Below, one piece after another: positions 57,357-64,000 of a stretch of DNA of 64,000 bases (positions are counted from its first letter, which is position 1; every line of letters begins with the position of its first letter). The stretch is from an uncultured Gammaproteobacteria bacterium (GTDB taxonomy: Bacteria; Pseudomonadota; Gammaproteobacteria; JAADHQ01). The position numbers and the translations under genes are program-made. A model generated the notes under the pieces. The model made no database searches. It had not been told where the DNA came from and saw nothing but the letters and a program-made list of their open reading frames with translations. The stretch covers positions 31,524-95,523 of the forward strand of contig CAWECS010000010.1 of the NCBI GenBank assembly GCA_963807455.1, read 5' to 3'.

Positions 57357-57935
57357 TTAACCGTAATCCGGGATGATACGAATAGCCTGGGGGATTTGAA
57401 TACATGAGCGTTCACACAAACCGCAGCCGACACAACCATCAAGCACATGCGGTTGCTCTAGCATGCCGATACGGATGGCCACGTCCTGTAACTTACAGGC
57501 ACGATAACAGACCCCGCAGGTTTTGCCTTGAAATGACAGGCACAGGGTCTCATCGACGCGCGCCTTGCCCATTTTGACCTTACTGACAATATCTTCGAAT
57601 GTCTTTTTAATCGGCTGGATAGCCCCGGATGGACACACATCTCCGCATTTCATGCACAAAATACAGGCCTTTTCACGCGGAACAATAAAGGGTGTATCCA
57701 GCACTTGAGTGCCATTGGCCAGTCCGAAATAGGTAATACAACGATTGGGACATACCTCGCCACATTGGCCACAGCGAATGCATTGTGATTGAAATTCTTC
57801 TTCAGGCAATGCACCTGGTGGGCGCAAAAAGCGGATACCCGTCTTGTTGACCCTGGCTTCGGTTACGCTTACCGGCAATGTCACCGCAAGCGCAGCGCCA
57901 TAGATCAGGTCAGCGAGAAATTGTCGTCTTTTCAT
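57357..57935 (-). CDS. napG: NapG-family periplasmic ferredoxin with Tat signal
   Basis: Start at ATG 57935 (MKRRQFLADLIYGAALAV). Four 4Fe-4S motifs. Confidence 0.8.
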   Translation of the reverse strand: MKRRQFLADLIYGAALAVTLPVSVTEARVNKTGIRFLRPPGALPEEEFQSQCIRCGQCGEVCPNRCITYFGLANGTQVLDTPFIVPREKACILCMKCGDVCPSGAIQPIKKTFEDIVSKVKMGKARVDETLCLSFQGKTCGVCYRACKLQDVAIRIGMLEQPHVLDGCVGCGLCERSCIQIPQAIRIIPDYG

Positions 57936-58030
57936 TTTAATTCCGGGACCAGAAACGAGAGACCGGGTAACAGGCAAGCCCTGTAATACAAACCTGATCC
58001 CTCGTTGCTAATACCTAGTCCCTTTGCACG

Positions 58031-60733
58031 TTAGACTTTTTCGATCCGAACAGCCAATTTCTTGAAATCCACCTGACCTGAAACGACATCCCATACACGG
58101 CTGGATGTATTGTTCACTAGCCATTTGTTCTTCTTCGGGTCAGCACTGTCAGCGACTGACAGGTTCCATGGGCTGAACATATAACCACGTGGCACGACGT
58201 TACGCGCTGGCTTAACCAAACTATCAATACCCACCTGTGCCTTGGCCTCGTAGTGGCCTCGACGGGAAATCAATCGAACCTTGTCGCCGTCCTTGATACC
58301 CAGATCCTTGGCATCATCGGGATGCATTTCAACGTACATCTCTGGCACCAGGCGGCGTGTGGTGGGGCTACGATTAGACTTGGCGGTATGGAAGTGCTCA
58401 TACACCACACCGAGTCCGAGCCAGTAAGGAAATTTATCCTTGGATACCTTATCCCATTTCTTGCCGCGTTCCTTTTCATCGGGCAGATCAGGGGTCAACC
58501 CCATATCACGTGCCTGTTTCAGCAACGGGATATTGTCGATGGTGTAGACACCCTCCTTGCTACCGAACTCCATCAGCTTTTTGGTGATCTCTTCACGTCT
58601 GCTGTAGTCCTGCAGACATAGCTTGATATGCACCTTGCCGTCCTTGGTGCGGAAGTAGCCATAGGGTTTGTTCTTCCACTGGCCTTCCTGCATCATGTAG
58701 CGACGTTTGGTGCCACCATTCTTGGCGATCTCATAGGTCGGTGCAGGCCATTGAATGCCGCGCAGATCACGTAACTGCTGATACGGTGTCTTGCCATCCA
58801 GCTTTTCAACTTCAAGCAACCCGGTCAGGTCGGTATCGGTACCTTCTGATGCCGCCACGATATCGCGGAAAATCTCCTGCGAATCATAGAAACCATCTTT
58901 CTGGCGTTTCCATGGAAAGATCTTGTCTGCGTTCAGTCCGAGCAAATGGGCGATCTCACGTCCCTTATCGATAACCATATCCATATCGGGACGACATCCT
59001 GGAGGTGGCTCAGCCGCCTTCTCGACACGATTAATGCGACGTTCGGAACTGATATAGGTACCATCTACCTCACCCCAGGTTGCGGCCGGGAAAATCACAT
59101 CGGCATACAGGTTGTTAGGGGCATGACGATAGATTTCCTGCACCACATTAAAGGTCTTCGACATCGCCGGACGAATCAGATTTTGCTGGTCTGGCAGGTC
59201 GATATGCGTTGCATACACAAACACCATCGCCTTCACATCGTCTTTCAGTGCACGCTCCATCATGCCAATGGCATACCCTGGATTTTTCGCATTCATCGCA
59301 GTAATCAGGTTCTTTTCCGGTACACGCCAATGTTTAGCCATGTGCTTACGATGTGACGCATTCTTCAGTGGTTGATTGAATGGCAGACGCCCGGTCAGAC
59401 CACCGGTAAAACGTTCACCCATCGCATTCGGTTGTCCGGTCATCGAGAACGGGCCACAACCCGGCTTGGCCAGGTTACCGGTCATGGTCAGCAGGTTAAC
59501 GATTGAAATGGTGTTGTGCTGGCCATGGATGTGCTGGTTATATCCGATACCCCACATGATGATGACACCGCCATAACCCTTGCCTTCCTGCTTACCTTTA
59601 CTACGTTCCAGACGCTTACGTGTGGCATCGGCAAACATGCCGGCGACCTTGCGAATCATCGCTGGCGAAACATCATGGCCAGGTCCACCCATGCGGTCCT
59701 GAACCTGTTCCGGGCTATAGTCTTTCAATACACCATCGGTATATTCCTTCCAGCCGGTGGTGTGCTGCTTGAGAAAATCCCAGTCAACAATGTCCTTGTG
59801 GTCCTTGAGGATGACATGTGCCAGCGAGTTCAGGAAACTGATGTCGCCATTAAGGATCGGTACATGTACCGAATTCTTTGGATTAATATCCTCATAGCCC
59901 TTGGACGTGCCGGTATATCGCGGATCAACCACCACAGTCGGGATATCTTTCTTGCGCTTGTGATCAGCCGCACGCCAGAAAATAATCGGATGCGCCTCAC
60001 GCGCATTATGACCAAAGTGCATAATCATGTCGCACAGTTCGATATCATCATAAGCCAGCGGCGGTGTATCCGAGCCCAGTGTCGCGAAATATCCGGTGAC
60101 TGCCGAGGTCATACACATACGCGCATTGGCCTCGATGGTATTGGAACCCAGCACACCCTTCATAAACAGGTTTTCCAGATACTGGCCTTCCACCGTCAAC
60201 TGACCGGAGCCATACAGAGCAATCGAGTTACCTGTATATTTTTTGGCAAGATGCGCCAGCTTGTGAGCGACCATATCAGAGGCCTTTTCATAAGGCACCC
60301 GCACAAAATGCTCTTCATCAAATGAGCCTTTGGTCTTACTGGTATATTCAAGGTTGCCATGACCCTTCTTGTTCCACTCGGCCCAGACATCCTTACGTAC
60401 ATAACTTTCGCCTTCCATACGGTCAACATAGATCGGTTCTGCCGCGGTCAGCCCCTTGATACATTGCAAACCATAGTTGGTGGGGTGATCCTTGTCCGGA
60501 CGCATGGAGACAATCTTGCCGTTCTCCGCCTGGATGATGGTGCCACAACCGACACCGCAATAAGGACATTGAGCAATAGCTGTCTTGCGTTCAGTTGATG
60601 CCTTGGCCGCACTTATTGGCGCTGCCTCAAGCTCAGGATTAGCGCCTACCATCAAACCGGCTGCACCGGCGGACCCTGTAATGAAAGCACTACTTTTTAG
60701 AAAATCTCTGCGGTTCATTTTGATACGTTTCAT
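58031..60733 (-). CDS. napA: Tat-exported molybdopterin oxidoreductase of the NapA (periplasmic nitrate reductase) family, long form
   Basis: RRDFLK Tat motif. N-terminal CPYCGVGCG cluster. NapA-type Mo-ligand context NARMCMTSA, IGYNQHIHG, PFSMTGQPNAMG. C-terminal FKKLAVRIEKV. 900 aa. Confidence 0.7.
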   Translation of the reverse strand: MKRIKMNRRDFLKSSAFITGSAGAAGLMVGANPELEAAPISAAKASTERKTAIAQCPYCGVGCGTIIQAENGKIVSMRPDKDHPTNYGLQCIKGLTAAEPIYVDRMEGESYVRKDVWAEWNKKGHGNLEYTSKTKGSFDEEHFVRVPYEKASDMVAHKLAHLAKKYTGNSIALYGSGQLTVEGQYLENLFMKGVLGSNTIEANARMCMTSAVTGYFATLGSDTPPLAYDDIELCDMIMHFGHNAREAHPIIFWRAADHKRKKDIPTVVVDPRYTGTSKGYEDINPKNSVHVPILNGDISFLNSLAHVILKDHKDIVDWDFLKQHTTGWKEYTDGVLKDYSPEQVQDRMGGPGHDVSPAMIRKVAGMFADATRKRLERSKGKQEGKGYGGVIIMWGIGYNQHIHGQHNTISIVNLLTMTGNLAKPGCGPFSMTGQPNAMGERFTGGLTGRLPFNQPLKNASHRKHMAKHWRVPEKNLITAMNAKNPGYAIGMMERALKDDVKAMVFVYATHIDLPDQQNLIRPAMSKTFNVVQEIYRHAPNNLYADVIFPAATWGEVDGTYISSERRINRVEKAAEPPPGCRPDMDMVIDKGREIAHLLGLNADKIFPWKRQKDGFYDSQEIFRDIVAASEGTDTDLTGLLEVEKLDGKTPYQQLRDLRGIQWPAPTYEIAKNGGTKRRYMMQEGQWKNKPYGYFRTKDGKVHIKLCLQDYSRREEITKKLMEFGSKEGVYTIDNIPLLKQARDMGLTPDLPDEKERGKKWDKVSKDKFPYWLGLGVVYEHFHTAKSNRSPTTRRLVPEMYVEMHPDDAKDLGIKDGDKVRLISRRGHYEAKAQVGIDSLVKPARNVVPRGYMFSPWNLSVADSADPKKNKWLVNNTSSRVWDVVSGQVDFKKLAVRIEKV

Positions 60734-60750
60734 AATCTTGATCCTTTGTC

Positions 60751-61410
60751 TTAGTGCTTGATGCTGCGCATATAGGTGATGATGTCATCAATTTCTTTAT
60801 CGGTGAGGTTAGCCATCGCTGCCGGCCCCGAGTAACCGATCATTCGAGTATTGGATCGACCGTATTTAATTGTTTGACGTATAAAGCCGTCACTGGCCTT
60901 GGTCAGGAAGCTGGCACTACCAATCGCGGTGCCGGTACCCCCTTCAAGGTAACCATCACCATTGACGCCATGACAAGTTGAACAAATCTGGTCAAACCAT
61001 AATTTACCCAGGCGCTCATCACCCAGGGCCTGCGGCTGCTTGTCTATTTGTGCTGACTGATTCGGCATTTTCTCGAAAGAACGCAGATAAGCCAGGATGG
61101 CATCAATACCACTTTTGCCAAGATGGGCAAACGGTGGCATGCCCGTGCCTGTGCGCCCATCGCGAATGGTTCCTTTGAGGAATTTGTCTGATGCCGTCGC
61201 CAGTAACTCTGGATTGGTCAATGAAGGCGCAATGCCGGCTTTACCGATGGCATCAGCCTGATGACAGAATATGCAATTCTGCTGGTAGAGTTTTTTACCC
61301 TGTTCAATGTTCGCACTGTCTTCTGCAAAAACGGCCGGCGAACTACCAACGCTGGCCAGCATGGCTAATACCAGTGTCAGGCCCTTGTTCTTCAATATAT
61401 ATTGCACGCG
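60751..61410 (-). CDS. Class I dihaem cytochrome c (c4/c553-like), first gene of the nap-like operon
   Basis: Two CXXCH (CIFCH, CSTCH), each with a downstream Met ligand. Start at GTG 61410 with a perfect AAGGAG 7 nt upstream. The track start at 61509 is unlikely. Confidence 0.7.
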   Translation of the reverse strand, partial: RVQYILKNKGLTLVLAMLASVGSSPAVFAEDSANIEQGKKLYQQNCIFCHQADAIGKAGIAPSLTNPELLATASDKFLKGTIRDGRTGTGMPPFAHLGKSGIDAILAYLRSFEKMPNQSAQIDKQPQALGDERLGKLWFDQICSTCHGVNGDGYLEGGTGTAIGSASFLTKASDGFIRQTIKYGRSNTRMIGYSGPAAMANLTDKEIDDIITYMRSIKH

Positions 61411-61926
61411 AGCGCTCCTTTTTCTTTTGTTTGAGAGATTCAATAACAGCGTGCTGTTACAGTGCGCTCGCAGACACTGCGACATATTGACGCAGGTCAA
61501 TAAACGCACTGAAAATGTGCAAACAAATCCATTTTTTGCAGCAAATCAGTGCCTGCAACTATTAACTCTGCTTAAACGTTTCACACGATCATGGATATCT
61601 GACAGGCTTTTTTAGACGATTATTTATTTTATATTCATATAGTTATACAATTTATGACTTCATATGAATAAACAAATTCCGGATTGCTTATTCGCCATAT
61701 TTATAAAGGCATTACTAATCTAATGGCAAATAGCGGATCATCCTGCCCCACTCGGCCGGCTTCCTCTGTTATAGTTCGCTCACATTATTGGCCTGACAAG
61801 ATTCGGCGAAGGTGCATGAGAACACTCCCCGCCGCAGCCATACTCTGTCATAAGCGTCAGAGAGCAGTGTTGTTACCAATAGATGCCAATAACATTACAT
61901 TTTGATATCACTAAGAGGATAGACAC

Positions 61927-63112
61927 ATGATCAAGCCTATTGGATCAGACGAACTGATGCCGTTGTTTGTTTATGACACTGATAAACATGATGCTATAAG
62001 CAAAGAAGCCGAGGGCTTGCCTTCGGTCATTATCAGTTCAGCTGCTGCGGGTAATGCCGTCATGATGGGAGGTGGTTACTTCACACCGCTGACCGGTTAC
62101 ATGAACGTTGCCGATGCGGTCAGTGTCGCTGAATACCATGAAAACCACATCTGGCCAATTCTTTCCGGTGCCGGTTTTAAACCTGGTTGAAAATGCCGAT
62201 GGCATTAAAGTCGGTAGCCGCATCGCCCTGCGTGACCCCAATGTCGATGGCAATCCTGTCATTGCCGTGCAAACAGTTGAAGCCATCGAAACCGTCACTG
62301 ATGAACAAATGGCTCACATGACCGACAAGGTCTATCGTACTGACGATATGGAACACCCTGGTGTTAACGCCTTCAATACAGTGGGCCGTATAGCTATTTC
62401 AGGCCCAATTGAGGTTCTCAACTTCAGTTACTTCAACACTGAATTCCCGGATACTTTCCGCACTGCGGTTGAAATACGCAACGAGATTATGGAACACGGC
62501 TGGAAGAAGGTCGTAGCCTTCCAGACCCGTAACCCCATGCATCTGGCTCACGAAGAACTTTGCCATATGGCCATGGAACGCCTGGGTTGTGACGGCCTGG
62601 TTATCCATATGTTACTGGGCAAGCTCAAGCCTGGCGATATCCCTGCACCTGTACGTGATGCAGCTATTCGTAAAATGGTTGAAGTCTACTTCCCGCCCAA
62701 TAGCGCCATGGTCACCGGCTACGGTTTCGACATGCTCTATGCCGGCCCACGTGAAGCAGTGTTGCATGCCTATTTCCGTCAAAATATGGGCGCAACGCAC
62801 TTTATCATTGGCCGTGATCACGCCGGTGTTGGTGATTACTATGGTGCCTTCGATGCACAAACCATCTTCGAAACTGATGTACCTGCAGGTGCGCTGGAAA
62901 TTGAAATGTTTATGGCTGACCATACTGCCTGGTCGAAGAAGTTGGACAAGGTTGTCATGATGCGCGAAGTTGACGATCACGCGAAAGAAGACTTTGTGCT
63001 CTTGTCGGGAACCAAGGTACGCGAAATGCTCGGTAATGGCGAAGCGCCACCGAAGGAATTTTCACGTCCTGAAGTAGCCAAAATATTGATTGATTATTAC
63101 CAGAGCCTATAG
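61927..63112 (+). CDS. sat: Sulfate adenylyltransferase (dissimilatory ATP sulfurylase) Sat, interrupted by a 1-nt frameshift at ~62134–62137
   Basis: Track ORFs 61927–62190 (MIKPIGSDELMPLFVYD...NAVMMGGGYFTPLTGYMNVADA...) and 62108–63112 (...GQFFPVPVL...QTRNPMHLAHEEL...GRDHAGVGDYYG...) are in different frames. Dropping one base in gaaTACCatg gives a continuous ~395-aa Sat. Confidence 0.8.
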
Positions 63113-63129
63113 TTTTTTTACCTGGCTTA

Positions 63130-63164
63130 AAAAAACAAACCCTCCTGATGGAGGGTTTGTTTTG
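63130..63164. terminator. Bidirectional rho-independent terminator between sat (+) and cheV (-)
   Basis: aaaaaa-CAAACCCTCC-tgat-GGAGGGTTTG-ttttg. Confidence 0.8.
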
Positions 63165-63181
63165 CCTGATAACAAAGCAAT

Positions 63182-64000
63182 TTATGTCATACTTTCTTCT
63201 GCGGTTTTTTTCAAAAAGGGTGTTAAGGTTTTTGCCAGTTCTGCGGCATGAAACTTCGGACAATAAGCATCAGCACCGACAGACTTGCCAAGGTTCATAT
63301 TGGCATCGGCTGACAGTGAAGAATGCATTACCACAGGAATATGCTTCAGACGGTTATCAGTCTTCACCTTACGGGTTAACACATAGCCATCCATCCCTGG
63401 CATTTCTATATCAGTCAGTATCAGCGAGACCAGTGTATCTACTGGCACATTGCTCTCTTCTGCTCTGGATGCCAGTTCATCGAGTTTTTCCCAGGCTTCA
63501 ACACCGTTCTTAGCCATGATGGTATTCACACCCATCGCCTTCAGTGCACCCTGAATCTGTTTACGTGCGACTGAGGAATCATCGGCAAACAATACCGTGG
63601 TGCGCACACCGACATCTTCTATTTCTGCAAAGACATCTTCCTCATCACCCATGGAAGATGTTTCGGCCAATACTTTCTCTACGTCCAGCAACATCACAAT
63701 ACGCTGGTCCTTCAACTCCGAAACTGCCGTCACCAGGCCGCCATGACGATGCGCCATCATCGGTGGTGGTACCCTGATATCATTCCATTCCATACGTAAA
63801 ATCTGCTCGACAGAGTTGACCAGAAAACCCTGTATGGCCCTGTTATATTCGGTCACGATCAGAATTTGTGGAGGATCACTTACATCCAGATCGCAAAAAT
63901 GACCCAAATCGATAACCGGAATCATCGTGCCACGTAAACTCACCATGCCCTCAACACCTGGAGGCATATCGGGTGCCCGGGTAATCTCAGGAAGATTCAT
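63182..64000 (-). CDS. cheV: Chemotaxis protein CheV (CheW-like domain plus receiver domain). Partial: the N-terminus continues past the window end.
   Basis: CheW-like region (...ITRAPDMPPGVEGMVSLRGTMIPVIDLGHF...) followed by a REC domain (...ILTDIEMPGMDGYVL...). The CheW domain is missing ~40 aa at the window edge. Confidence 0.7.
   Translation of the reverse strand: MNLPEITRAPDMPPGVEGMVSLRGTMIPVIDLGHFCDLDVSDPPQILIVTEYNRAIQGFLVNSVEQILRMEWNDIRVPPPMMAHRHGGLVTAVSELKDQRIVMLLDVEKVLAETSSMGDEEDVFAEIEDVGVRTTVLFADDSSVARKQIQGALKAMGVNTIMAKNGVEAWEKLDELASRAEESNVPVDTLVSLILTDIEMPGMDGYVLTRKVKTDNRLKHIPVVMHSSLSADANMNLGKSVGADAYCPKFHAAELAKTLTPFLKKTAEESMT

Overview
This 64-kb window looks like chromosomal DNA from an AT-leaning sulfur-oxidising proteobacterium, probably a gammaproteobacterium; the taxonomy is inferred only from gene content. 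I found no rRNA, tRNA, CRISPR array, integrase or transposase. Contents, in order:

- **1–3.7 kb:** a regulator/membrane-protein pair, an NnrS-family protein and a minimal S8 peptidase.
- **4.1–11.1 kb:** the most unusual locus. A His-rich 4–5-TM membrane protein is followed by two giant c-type cytochromes (about 21 and about 19–20 CXXCH motifs). The second is built from seven near-identical 138-bp tandem repeats. Then come a small lipoprotein-like protein and an 819-aa outer-membrane beta-barrel with SPOR-like and TPR regions. This is a candidate new periplasm-to-outer-membrane electron conduit.
- **11.3–12.5 kb:** nhaA, then a degraded psiE.
- **13.4–18.2 kb:** the conserved module of DUF294 nucleotidyltransferase, DnaQ-like exonuclease, ActP-like symporter and DUF4212.
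- **18.4–28.2 kb:** a DUF3365 remnant, a PAS histidine kinase, a GFA-family protein, a nitrilase, a methyltransferase, a LysR regulator, a Sel1/ankyrin secreted protein and a split ferredoxin-FAD oxidoreductase.
- **28.5–35.4 kb:** a complete ccmABCDEFGHI operon.
- **35.5–40.4 kb:** a second cytochrome/outer-membrane module on the minus strand: an 801-aa multiheme cytochrome (about 11–12 CXXCH), a TPR lipoprotein, a secreted protein and a 357-aa porin.
- **40.7–44.5 kb:** a YkgJ-family Cys-cluster protein and aprBA.
- **45.0–49.9 kb:** soeABC. The molybdoenzyme has no Tat signal, and the subunit sizes fit the cytoplasm-facing sulfite-oxidising enzyme.
- **50.1–51.7 kb:** an Hpt-REC-REC-GGDEF regulator.
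- **52.1–61.4 kb:** a nap-like cluster with duplicated napG/napH modules, a pentaheme NapC/NirT-type protein, napF and a cytochrome c4-like dihaem protein.
- **61.9–64.0 kb:** sat, then a partial cheV.

Two patterns run through the window. Several genes are interrupted by single-nucleotide frameshifts or in-frame stops: both giant cytochromes, psiE, DUF3365, the oxidoreductase, sat, and possibly the napH-like region. A small family of palindromic REP-like elements sits in the intercistronic spacers of soeABC and of the nap-like operon.
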